The notes under the pieces: generated by a model
The model's input: only the letters and a program-made list of their open reading frames with translations
The model's database searches: none
Told to the model about the DNA's origin: nothing
Shown: positions 23,016-34,374 of the stretch, in pieces
Position numbering within the stretch: position 1 is the first letter of the stretch
How the letters are laid out: the number at the start of each line of letters is the position of its first letter
Assembly: GCA_014905635.1 (NCBI GenBank)
Contig: CM026547.1
Location: forward strand, 3,534,001 to 3,598,000
DNA: 64,000 nucleotides
From: Scenedesmus sp. PABB004
Taxonomy: Eukaryota
Direction of reading: 5' to 3'
Position numbers and translations under genes: made by a program

Positions 23016-24874
23016 ATGACGGTGCAAGGCCCGCGGGCGCCCGCCGCGGCGCCCGGCGACGCGCAGCAGCAACCCAGAAGCGCCGCGGCCGCCGTCGCCG
23101 CGCAGCCGGCCGAGCTGCCGTCGGGCCGGTACGGCCACCTTCCCGAGCCCAGCGTCGTGTTGATGCGCGTGGCGGCGGAGCCGCCGCATCCGACACTGCC
23201 GCGCGCCGCGCGGCCGGCGCCGGCGCCGCCGCTGTCGCGCCACCGCGACCGCAAGCCGCTCACGGCCAGCCTCGTCGGCCCGGGGCGCGCGGGCAAGCCC
23301 GGATTCCTGGCCGGCAGCCAGGGGAGCATTTACGAGGGCGCCGTCCGGGCAGGGCGGCCGCACGGCCGTGGCCGTCTCACCGTGGCGGTGGGTGGGCGCT
23401 GGGTGGGCGCGGCGCGCAATTGGGCTGTGCGGCGTGCCGCTTAGTGGCTCAACGCCGCCGCGCCGCCGACGCGCGGTGTCAGGGCTCTGCGCCGGGCGCG
23501 CCGTCGCGGCTCGCGTACGAGGGCAGCTTTGCCAACGGCGTGCGCCACGGCGACGGCACCGCTCACTACCCCAACGGCGAGGACTACGTCGGCGCGTGGG
23601 AAGCGGGCAAGCGCAGCGGCCCAGGTGCGGCGCTGCAGCGGCGCGCGCCGCGCGTCGGCTGCCGCGGGCTGGCCTGGGCCGTGCGCTGGTGGCAGCGCCT
23701 GCGCGGCGCGCGCCGCGCGTCACGCGTGCACCACCACGCCTGCGCCTGCGGCGCCCCATGCCTGGCCAGGCAAGCTGACGTACACCGACGGCAGCTGCTA
23801 CGACGGCCTCTGGCGCGCGGACCGCCGCCACGGCGCGGGCGTGCTGACCGCGGCGGGCGGCGGCTCGGTGTTTGTGGGCAGCTTTGCGGACGACGTGCGC
23901 GTGGGGCTGGGCACCACCTACATGCCCGCGCGCGGTGCGGGCCAGCAACGAGCGGCGCCGCCGCCCCGCCGCGGCCGCCGCCCGTGCGCGTGCGTGCCCG
24001 CCCCCGTCACGCCGCGCCGAGCCCCGTCACGCTGCGCCGCGCCCGGCGCAGGGCGCAAGTACGTGGCGGAGTATGTAGGCGGCCGGCCCACGTGCGGCGC
24101 GGTCTTTGACCTCTGCGACGCCGACGTGGAGCCGCTGCCGAGCGCGCTGCGCGGCGCGCTCGCGGCGGGCGGCCTGGCGCTGCGCCCCGGCGGCGCGCGC
24201 GCGCCGGCGCCGCTGCCGGCGCTCGGGCTGTGCCAGCCCAGCCGGGTCACGGCGCGCGAGTTTGCGGCGGTGCGGCGGCGAGCGCCGGCGCTCGCGTCCG
24301 CCGACGGCACGTTCACGGCCGAGACGATGGACCTGCTGCGCCACGCCTTTGTGCTCATCGCGGGTGCGGCGCCGCGCGCCCGGGGCGCGCCGGCGCGCGG
24401 GCTTGGCGCGCGCGGCACACGACGCCCGTCGCCCCGCCGCGCCCCACGCCCGGCCGCCGCGCAGGCGGCGACGACCTCGCGGCGGCGGTGCTGCCGCACC
24501 AGCTGCAGGAGCTCGCGGTGCTCGCGGGGCTGGACCCCGCCGCGCCGGCCTGCGTCGCGCTGCTCGACGCGCTCGCCGCGCGCGCCGGCGGCGCCGGGCT
24601 CGGGCTCGACGCGTTCCTGCACGTCGTCTGCTACTTCCGGCAGCGCCCGCTGGAGCTGCCGCCCGAGCTGCAGCTGGAGCTGCCCGAGCTGCAGCTGGGG
24701 CAGGAGCTGCCTCAGCTCCAGGAGCCGGGGCCGGCCGCTGAGGAGAAGCAGGCGCAGGACCAGCGCGACGGCGCGGCGGCGGGTGCCGCGGGCTGCGCCG
24801 CGGCGGACGGCGGCAGCGGCGAGCGCAACGCCGCGGCAGGGGAGGGCCTGGGCGACGGGGGGCTGGCGGCGTGA
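23016..24874 (+). CDS. MORN-repeat protein
   Basis: Repeats YEGAVRAGRPHGRGRL, YEGSFANGVRHGDGT, YVGAWEAGKRSGPG, YDGLWRADRRHGAG and FVGSFADDVRVGLG, followed by a degenerate EF-hand-like C-terminal region. Confidence 0.85.
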
Positions 24875-25085
24875 GGACCTTGCAGCGGTGCAAGCACCAG
24901 CGGTCGGGGTCGTCACGTCAATTTGCTCGCCGTTTGCCGCCGCACCGCCGCTGCATAAAAGCCCGCTCCCGCGGCGCCCCCCGCACGATCGCCTCCCCAC
25001 GAGCCACCCGCGCGACGCAGAGCGCACACAGATAGACTCACCGCGCCGCCGAGAGCAGCCTCCAACGCCGCCAGCGAGGACGGCC

Positions 25086-26499
25086 ATGCAGGCCCGCACC
25101 GTGGCGTCGCGGGGCGCCCCCGCCGCGGCGTCCGCTGGCGGAGCCAGGACGCGCGTGCGCGCACGTGCAGGCGGCGAGACCTTTGCGCGCGGCGTGGCGA
25201 CCGACAGCCGCGAGCGGCGGCCGCAAAACGTCGACGGCGCGTTCTTCGTGGACCACACCTGCATCGGTGCGCCTGCTCCTAGGCCCGCCGCGCCGGGCCG
25301 CCCGCCGGGCCGCCCGCCGGGCCGCCCGCCGCCGCTGCCGCTCGCGCCCGCTCCCACGGGCGCCCGCTCCCACGCCCGCTCCCACGGGCGCTCTCATCGC
25401 GCCCGCTCCCACGCACTGCTGCTGCCGCTCCGCAGACTGCGATACGTGCAGGATGATGGCGCCCGAGACGTTTGGCCGCGTCGACCGTCAGTCCGCGGTG
25501 ACGGCGCAGCCGGCGGACGCCGGCGCGCGCGTGCGCGCGCTGCAGGCGCTGCTCTCCTGCCCGACGTTCTCCATCCACGCCGAGGACCGCACGAGCGCGG
25601 AGCTCAAGGCCGCGCAGCACGCCCTGCCCGCGCCCGTGCCGGGCTGCGGCAGCGTGTTTGCGTGCGGCTGGCGCAGCGCCAAGTCGTACGGCGGCGAGAG
25701 CTTCCTCATACTGCGCCCGGGCGGCAACGTCCTCGTCGACAGCCCCCGGTTCAACCCCGTGCTCGCGGCGCGCCTGCAGGAGCTCGGCGGCGTGCGCTGG
25801 ATCTTCCTCACGCACAGGCGCGCGCGACGCGGCGCGGCGCGCGACGCGGCGCGGCGCCGCCCCGCGCGCGCCGCTCACCCGGCCCCCTCTGCGGCCGCGC
25901 AGGGACGACGTGGCGGACCACGCCAAGTGGGCGGCGCACTTTGGCGCGGAGCGCATCCTGCACACGCGCGAGGTCAACGCCGACACGGCAAGCGTCGAGC
26001 ACAAGCTCGCCGGCGAAGGCCCGTGGCGCCTGCCGGACGGCGGCGACGACGTCGAGCTCATCTTCACCCCGGGGCACACCGAGGGCCACGTCTGCCTCCA
26101 CTTCGCCCCCGACCGCGCCCTGCTGAGCGGCGACCACCTCTCGGCCGGCTACGCGCCCGGGGAGGCGCTTTTCGTCTTCACAGGCGCGCGCCAGCGTGCC
26201 GCCGCGAGGCCCGCAGCGCCGCCGCAGAGCGCAGACCCCCGCGCAGGCGCCCTCACACCTCTCCTTCTGCTTCGAAATGCGCAGAGTTCAATTGGTATTC
26301 GGTGCCTCAGCAGCTCGAGAGCGTCCGCAAGCTGCTGCAGTGGGACTGGCTGCACGTGCTGCCCGGCCACGGCCGCCCGGCGCACCTGCGCGACGCCGCT
26401 CACCGCCTCGCGGCGGTCTCGCAGCTGCTCGAGGCGCACGGCGCGGCCGCCGGCGCGGGCGCGGCGCAGGCGGCGTCACCGGCGGCGCGAGTCATCTAG
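25086..26499 (+). CDS. Ferredoxin-domain / metallo-beta-lactamase fold fusion protein with plastid-type transit peptide
   Basis: NVDGAFFVDHTCI-DCDTCRMMAP...LLSCPTFSIH (CxxCxxC...CP Fe-S motif), then LVDSPRF, FLTHR-DDVADH, TPGHTEGH, SGDH and LPGHG. Confidence 0.88.
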
Positions 26500-26935
26500 G
26501 AGCGTGGCAGCGGGGGTGGGCATGCATGTGCGTGCCAGCGACGCAGTCTGCATCTTCACTGCGCGTTGCGCGGCCAGTTTTGTGTGCGCGTGTCGTTGGA
26601 GCGGCGGGGCGCCTGATCGCGGGCCCCGATCATGCAGCTATGTGGAGGACCGAGTTGATCGTGAGTTGAGCAGAGGAGTGGAGCGCTCGCCGTGCTGCTG
26701 CATCGCAACCGCGTGGCGGTCCGGACGCGTCACGAGCGGTCCTGCGGCGGCGGTCCAGCCGCGGCGGCTTTGACGCAGCAGCCGCTTGCGTCACCGCCCG
26801 CACACAGCCCGCCACGATCGCGGCCAGGGCGAGCCCGCCGCCGCCTGGGGCGCCAGCGGCGCAGGCAGCAGCGCGTGCGCTCGCTGCAGCGCGCCGCGCG
26901 AACGCAACAGCAGCAGCCCCCGTGGGCAGCCGTTC

Positions 26936-28691
26936 ATGGCGCAGCGCGCGTGCCGGCCCTGCGCGGCCGCTGCTGCCGCGACGGCTGCCGCGGCGGGTGC
27001 CTCCGCTGCGCGGCGCGGGCCGCTCCCGCCGCCGCTGGCGCGCCGCTGCCGGCGGTCGCCGGGGCCGTGCGTCGTCGCCGGGGCCGGCGGTGGCGGCGCT
27101 CTGGAGCAGCTGATCACGGACGTCGACGGCTTTGACTCGCCGCGCGCGCTGGCGGCGCACCCGGCGCTCGCGCAGCTGCCGCTCGACGCGCGCGTGCGCG
27201 ACAACCTGGCGCTCCTGGCGGAGCTCGTGCCGCGCGTGCAGGGCAGGCTGCTCACGGAGCACCCGCGCCTGCTGGACGCCGACCTGGCGTCGTGGCTGGA
27301 GTTCCTGGGCGCCGTCGGCTTCGAACGCGCCGCGGTCGCCGAGTGCCTGCGGAGTCAGCCCGAGGTGTTCTTCACGGCTGACATCTACGTCGCCGGCCAG
27401 CTCCTCCTGCTGCTGCGGCACGACCTCGCGCTGCCCGAGGCCGACGTCCTGCGCAGCTGGGCGCGCTGGGCGGTCGCGCTGCGGCCGGGCAGCACGCAGG
27501 CGTCGATGCGGGCTGTCGCTGAGCGGTTGCGGGCGCGGCTGGGCCTGGAAGGCGACGCGCTGCTGGTGGCGCTGCAGCAGTGGCCCGCCGTGCTGGGGTG
27601 GGACGTCGAGGCAGACCTGGAGCCGAAGCTGGCGTTCTTCGCGTCCCTCGGCCCCGCGGGCCAGCGCGCGCTGCCGACGATGTGGGACCCCGACACCGGC
27701 TGGCTGCAGGCAAGCGGGGCGGGGCGGGGCGGGGCGGCGCGGCGCGGGCGGCGCTGGGGCGCGGCGCCCGCCGCGCCGCCCGGCCCAGGGCGGCCGCGCC
27801 ACCGCCGCCGCCGCAGGGCCTGCGCAGCTGGGGCTACAGCGTCCAGCCCAAGCTGGAGCTGCTGGCGGAGGTGCTGGGCAGCTCGGAGGCGGCGGCGGCG
27901 CTGCTGGCGAGCTGCCCCGCGGTGCTCAAGCTGCCGGTCGAGGCCAAGCTGCGCCCCGTGCTCGCTGCGCTCGCAGCGGCCGGGCTCGGCCCCGGCGAGC
28001 AGCTGAGCCAGCTGCTGCGCGCGTGCCCGCAGCTGCTGGCCGAGAGCCGCGAGGCGGTCGTCAGCAAGTGAGCGCGGGCGCGCGCGCGCGCGCCGCCGGC
28101 GGCCAGCCCCGCCGCGCGCCGCCGCCTGCGTGACGGGGCGCGCGCGCGCGCGCGCGCGCGCGCAGGCTTAACTTTCTGTCAGACGTGATCGGCGGCGAGG
28201 CCGCCGACCTGCTCGCGTGGCCGGAGTACCTGTCGCTGTCGCTGCGGGGCCACATCGGGCCGCGCTTCTACTTCCTCGCGCGCGGCGGCCACCTCGACGC
28301 GTTCACCGACCCCGGCAGCGGCGTGCTGCAGCTGCGCCGCGCGCTCGCGCCGAGCCTCGACGCCCTGCTCGATGACGTGGCTCGCGTGCGGCGCCGCGGC
28401 GCCGGGGGCGCGGCGTGCGGCGCGCGGCGGCGGCCCACGGGGGCGACCGCGGGGCGCCCTGCCGCGCCACACCACGCCCCCGCCCCCGCCCCCGCCGCCG
28501 CCGCCACGTCGCAGACGTCGGGCCAGGGCGCGGCAGCGGTGCGCGCCGAGCATGACGCGTGCGCGGCCGAGTGGGAGGAGCTGCTGGGCTGGTGCGCCGA
28601 GGCGGCGTTCGCGCAGCAGGGCTCGGGCAACGGGCGCGTGAGCAGCCTGTACGCGGAGCCTCTGAATCTCTTTTACGCCCTCCTCATGTGA
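26936..28691 (+). CDS. mTERF-family organellar protein
   Basis: Repeated mTERF-like units: LQQWPAVLGWDVEADLEPKLAFFASLG, LASCPAVLKLPVEAKLRPVL, WPEYLSLSLRGHIGPRFYFL. Confidence 0.75.
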
Positions 28692-29088
28692 GGGCGTCCT
28701 CAAATGAGCTCCCACGTGACGCCGCAGTGACTTGAGTGACTCGAGCGCGCGCGCGCGAGCGGCGCGGCAGCGGCGCCCAAGGGCGTGGTGTCGCTGGTTA
28801 CTGCGCGCGCGCGCCCTCGCTCGCTCGTGCCCGCACGCGCCGCAGCGGAAGCCTGCCGGCAACCCGCCGCGCGCGTCTCCTGCCGTCAGTTCCGCAGTGC
28901 TGAGGGAGAGCAGGGGTTGGGTTCGGGGTCAAACAACATGTACAGCCTTCGCTTTGGGGCCGCGCAGCCTGCCGCCCTGCGCATGGCTGCGGCGGCCGGC
29001 CGGCGGCCGCCCCGCCGCCCCGCCTGCGCCTGCAGGCGGGGCGGGGCGCCGCACGCGGCTCGCCGCGGCCTGCGGCCCGCGGCGCTCC

Positions 29089-31997
29089 TCAGGCCTTGGC
29101 CTTCTTTTTCTTCTTCTCCCCCTCCTCGCCCTTGGCCTTCTTCTTCTTGCCCGCCGCCTCGGCTGCGCGCGGGCAGGCAGGCAACGCGGCGGGTCAGCAG
29201 GCCGGCGGGCCGGCCGGTTGGCGGGCACAGCGCGGCGGCGTGCGCACGCGCGCGCGCGCGTCGCGCACCCGGCGCGGGCGCGTCGTCGGCGTCGGCCTTG
29301 CGCTTCTTCTTCTTGTCCTTCTTCTTGCCGCCGCCCTCGTCCAGCACGACCTCCTCGTCCGCGAGCTGGCTCTTGAACTTGTCCATTGCCTCCTGCGCAG
29401 CGACGCGACGCACAGTGCGGCGCCCGCCGTCGGCGCCCGCGCGCCGCGCGCCGCCCCCGCCGCCCTGCCCCAGCCCCGCGCGCCCGCCGCCGCGCCCCGG
29501 CCCCGCGCCCCCGCCGCCCTGTCCCCGCCGCGCGCGCCGCCGCTGCCGCGCCTGCATGACGGCGAGGTTCTTGCGCGGCGCGACGCCGTCCTCGTAGAAG
29601 CGCAGCCGCTCCTCGACCTGGTCGCGCAGCTTCTCGCCAAACGCGCTCGTCGACGCGTCCATGAAGCAGTCGATGCGGCTCGCGATGCTGGCCTTGTTGG
29701 CGAGGTAGCGGCTGATGCGGCCCTTGTTGCGCTGCTTCGCGCGGCCGATGAAGCTCGAGTGGAAGATGAGGCCGTACTTGGGCGTGTTGCCCTTGGTCTT
29801 CAGCGCCCTGCGCACGCGGCGGCGCGCGAGGCGCCGAGGCGCGCGGGCAGCGGAGGGCTCAGCATGCGTGCGTCGGCGGCGGCGGGCGCGGCGGCGCGCG
29901 GAGCGCAGGCGGCGCGACGAGGGCAGGCGGCGCGGGCGGCGCGCGGCGGCACGCGGCGCGCGGCGCGGGCGCGCGCGCCTGAAGAGCGCCTTCTCCGCGC
30001 CCAGGATCTGCACCGTGCTGGCGGGGTACTTGGCGAGGTTGGTGAGGCTGCCCGCGTGGCTGATGAGCCGCGCGCCGACCATCTCGCCAATGAGCGCCGA
30101 CAGGTTGGGCGCGACGGCGTGCATCTTGTCGTTCAGGTACGTGTGCAGCTGCGGCCGGCGGCGCACACGGCGCGGCGGCCGGCGGCTCAGCGGCTCAGCG
30201 CGGCGCGCGCGCGGCGGGCGGCGCTCTGGGCGGCGGCCGCGAGCCGCGCGCGCGCGCCCACCTTAGCGCGGTACTCTGCGAGGCTGATGACGCGGCGCGC
30301 AAAGGTCTCGATGTTGATGAGGTCGATCGGCGAGATGTCCTGCCCCATGCTCGCCTTGGCGGCGTCGAGCACCTCGCGCGCCTTGGCCTCGTCGGCGAGC
30401 ACCTCGGTCAGCGCGGGCAGGTGGGCCTCGCTCAGGCCCGACTTGTCGCCCACCACGAGCGCGACGCGGGCGTAGAGGTAGTTGTCGGGCACGACCTGAC
30501 CCGAGGGGGGGGGGGGCAGGGGCAGGGGGGCACGGCGCGGGGCGGGCGCGGCGGGCGGCAGGTTGGAGGACGGCGGGCTGGGGCGGGGAGGGGCGCGGCG
30601 CGGCGCGGCGCGACACGGCGCGCGGCACAGCACGGTGTGCGTGCGCGCGCGTGCCGCGCCCGCCCCGCCGCCGCCGCCGCCGCACCTTGATGAGCTCGGG
30701 GAAGTGCCAGGAGTACCACTCGCGCACGCGCATGATGAAGGTGTTGATGTCCTTGTCGAGCGTGTCGAGCAGCGCGATCGCCTGGATGACCATGTTGTCG
30801 ACCTTGTTGACGTTGAACTTGACCTTGGCGCGCGAGTACGAGTGCGCGAGCCCGAGCTGCGCCTGGCGCAGGTCTGCGCGCGGCCGCGGCGGCGCGCGCG
30901 CGCGGGGGGCCGCGGCGTCGTCGGCGCGGCGCGCCGCGCGCCGCGCGCCGCGCCCGGCCGCCGCGCGCCGTGCGGCGGGCCCGCCCCCAGCCTGCGCCCC
31001 GCCGCCGCGCCGTGGCCGCGCGCGCGCGCGCCGCGCTGCCGCCGGCACGCTGGTGCGCTGCTGCTGCGCGTGTGTGTGTGCGCGTGGCTCACCCTTATCC
31101 TTGAGGTCAATGAATCGGTTGAAGTGCGCCCGGATGCCGCGCAGCAGCTCGCCGATAAACTCGTTGCACACGCACGGCACCTGCGTGCTCTCCTGGATCG
31201 CGCTCCCGAGCTTGGGCTCCGCGACGCCGAGCTGGAACTTGGCCTTCTTGGCGTCCTTGGCCTGCGCGCGCAGTGCGCGGCGGGCGCGGCGGCATGCGTC
31301 GGCGCGCGCGTCCGGGCGCGCCGCCGGCCCGCACACACCCCCGGGCGCTGCTGCACGACCCCCGCTGCCGCCGCCGCCGCCGCCTCTGCCGCCGCCGCCG
31401 CCTCTGCCGCCGCCGCCGCGTGCTGCGCTGCGCGCCTTGGGCAGGTTCATGGTCAGGAAGTTCTTGAGGTCGTCCGTGAGCTGCGCCTCGCTGACCGCGT
31501 TGATCTGCTCCAGCGCGTCCGCCGCGCTCGCAAAGGGCTTGAACGCCGCGAGCTTCGCGACCTTGCCAAAGCGCTCCATGTCGCTGCGGCGCGCGTGTAC
31601 GCGCGCGGCGGCGGGGCCGCGTGGGCGGGCCGCGCGCCCCACGCCCGGCCGCCCGCCCGCCGCCGCGCGGGCGCAGCAGCAGCGCTGCTGCGGCCGCGGC
31701 CGCTCCGCCCCGCGCCACGCACGTCACGCTCTGCTGGACCTTGTCCGCGGCCGAGCCGATCTCATCGAGGCCCTTGATGTCGAACAGCGCAAAACCGGAG
31801 GCGGACTCGTAGAGAATGAAGAGCGCCTGGCGCGGCGGCCGGCGGCGGCAGCAGCGGCCGCCGGCGCTGTCGGCGCGGCCCCGCCCGCGCCCCGGCGCGC
31901 GCGTGCGGCAGCGCGGCGGCAGGCTGCCAACGCGTGCAGCCGCACAGCGGCGCGCGGCGCGCCCGCGGGCGCCGTGGCGGTGGCCGCCGCGCACCAT
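29089..31997 (-). CDS. NOP56: Nucleolar protein 56 (box C/D snoRNP core)
   Basis: [82 protein letters not shown]...[20 protein letters not shown], and a lysine-rich tail. Confidence 0.95.
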
Positions 31998-32592
31998 GTC
32001 TGCGGCGCGATGGCCGGCCGCCTGTGTGCGGGGGTCGCGCGGTGCCGGGGCGCCGCGGGCCGCGGCCGATCAGGCCCGCTGCGGCGGAGCGCTGACGGCG
32101 GCCTGAGAGACGAGGAGGGCGCCGGCAGAGGGGGGCGCGAGGGCGGCGCTGCTGCTGCTGCTCAAGTCGTGGGCAGGCGCGTGGCGTGCTCGCGCCGTCT
32201 GTCAAGGTCCGCCGGGCGGCGCGCGGAGCAGCAGCAGCGGGCGCGGCAGGCCAGGAGGCGGTCGACCCTTTTCGTGCTCGGAAACATCTCTCGCCGCACC
32301 CGGCAGCTCACACGTCCCCCGTCCCCCGCGGTCGCGGAGGCAGGCGGCCCGCGGTCGCGACCGCGCGCGCCAGCCAAGTCGTGCTCCGGGACCCGCGCCC
32401 GAGCGGCCCCGCCAGGCAGTCCCAGCTCACCCAGGCAGTGTATGTCGCTGCTCCCGAGCGGGCGCCGCGCGCTGGCGCGCCGCTGAGCGCGGACCAGCGC
32501 CCAGCAGCGGCGCGCGCGCAACTGCGGCCGCCGGCGCCGCCACGCCGCCGCGCCGCCCCGCCCGCCCGCGGCCCGCAGCTCTGCCTCACACA

Positions 32593-34191
32593 ATGGGCCT
32601 GCTGGGCGCCTGCTGCGGCGCGCCGGCGCCGGCGTCGCCGGGCGGCGAGTCCGCGCAGTCCGCGCAGCAGCGCGTCGCGCGCCTCGCGCAGCAGCTCGCG
32701 GACGCGCAGCTCGAGGCGCTGGCCGCCAAGGCGGCGCTCGCTGCGGCGCAGGCGGCGGCGGCGCAGGCGGAGGGCGGGGGCGGCATCAAGGCCGTGCGCG
32801 GCCGCGCCGACGCGGCAACGGAGATGCCCGCGTCGGCGCACGCCGGCGTGCAGGCGCAGCCGCCGGTCGCGGTCGAATCGCGCATCCCGCGCCCCGCCGG
32901 CGGCGACGACGGCCCCGCCGCCCCGCCGCGACCGCGGCCGCGGCCGGCGGCGGCAGCCCGTCGCGCATCCCCGCGGGCCGCGGCCGCCCCGCGGGCGGCG
33001 GCGGCGACGCGGAGCCGGAGCCGCTCGCGCAGCAGCTCAGGGTGGCGGAGGCGTTCCGGGCGTCGCTCGAGGCGGCGCTTCGCGACGCGCGCTTTGCCAA
33101 CTCGGCGCTGCAGACGCAGGTGCTCGGCCTGCAGACCAAGCTCGAGGCGGTGGTGGAGGCGCAGGTGGCGGAGCTGGAGAAGCTCAACCGCGTGCGCGCG
33201 GACAACGCCGACTCGCACGACGCGGCGGTGCGCCAGGCCGCGGCGCTGCGGCAGCAGCTCGCGGCGGCGCAGAGCGACGCGGCGGCGGCGGCCAAGGGCG
33301 CGGATGCGGCGGCGCGCGCGCAGCGCGACGCGGAGCAGCGCGCGGCGCAGCTCGAGTCGGAGCTGTCGGGCGCGAGGGCGGAGCTGGCGGCGGCGATGCT
33401 GGAGGTCGCGCGCGCCGACAGCCACACGGGCGAGGTCCTCCAGCAGGCGGCCGCCGCGCAGGGCGCGGCGGCCGCGGCCGAGGAGCGCGCGCGCGCCGCG
33501 GCGGCGGAGCACGCACAGGCGGTGCAGCGGGTGCGCCGCGCGGCGCCGCGCTCCGCGCCAAGCACAGTGCGGGGGCTGGCCGGGGCCGGCCGGGAGCAGC
33601 TGCCTGACGCCGCCGCCGCGCCATCGGCCGCAGCTTGAGGCCGAGGTGCGCGGGCAGCGCTCCATCTACGACGCCACCGTGCAGGAGTTCCTCGCGCTCT
33701 CCGCGCAGCACGCCCAGCTCAAGCAGGCGCACGCGCAGATGGTGTCGGACGCGGCGCACCACGGTGCGCGACGGCCGCGCCCCCGCGCGCGGCGGCCGCG
33801 CGCGGCGACCGCGCCGCCGCCCACGCCGCCTGCCCCGCCGCGCCGCTGTGCGCACACAGGCAACGTCGTGGCGCTGCTGCAGCAGGAGCTGGCGGACCTG
33901 TCCTACTATGCTGCCGCGGGGCGCGCCGCGCTCGGCGTCGCGCCGCCCGCCAAGCTGCGCAGCTTCAGCCAGAGCGAGGGCGGCGGCGCTGGGGCGGCGC
34001 TCACGGCGGAGGCGGAGCCAGCGGCTGCCAGCGGGGCGGGCGTGGCGGAGAGCCGCTGGCAGGTCGCGGACACGGCCGACGAGCCAGAGGCTGCGCCGGT
34101 GCGCGAGCTGGCGGAGCCAGCGGCGGCGGGCGAGCTGGAGCTGATGACGGCGGAGCGCGAGGCGGAGGAGGTGCCGCCGCTTCCGGAGTGA
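32593..34191 (+). CDS. Coiled-coil protein with N-terminal MGLLGACC acylation motif (apparent frameshift ~32921-32924)
   Basis: Long heptad-rich exons (LQTQVLGLQTKLEAVVEAQVAELEKL; LEAEVRGQRSIYDATVQEF) joined by GT-AG introns. Confidence 0.65.
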   Translation: MGLLGACCGAPAPASPGGESAQSAQQRVARLAQQLADAQLEALAAKAALAAAQAAAAQAEGGGGIKAVRGRADAATEMPASAHAGVQAQPPVAVESRIPRPAGGDDGPAAPPRPRPRPAAAARRASPRAAAAPRAAAATRSRSRSRSSSGWRRRSGRRSRRRFATRALPTRRCRRRCSACRPSSRRWWRRRWRSWRSSTACARTTPTRTTRRCARPRRCGSSSRRRRATRRRRPRARMRRRARSATRSSARRSSSRSCRARGRSWRRRCWRSRAPTATRARSSSRRPPRRARRPRPRSARAPRRRSTHRRCSGCAARRRAPRQAQCGGWPGPAGSSCLTPPPRHRPQLEAEVRGQRSIYDATVQEFLALSAQHAQLKQAHAQMVSDAAHHGARRPRPRARRPRAATAPPPTPPAPPRRCAHTGNVVALLQQELADLSYYAAAGRAALGVAPPAKLRSFSQSEGGGAGAALTAEAEPAAASGAGVAESRWQVADTADEPEAAPVRELAEPAAAGELELMTAEREAEEVPPLPE

Positions 34192-34374
34192 GGGTCGGGG
34201 CAAGGGTCGGGTCTGAGCTGTGACTACAGGACTCCCCTGCTGCGCGCCAGCGCCCGGCGCGATCCCGCAGCGCATGCCCCGCCCAGCGCGCCCACCGCTG
34301 ACTGCCAGTCAGACGGCGCCCGCCGCGCCCCCCGTGCGCCCCCCCCCCCGCCCCCACGCGCCTGGCACTGCGTG

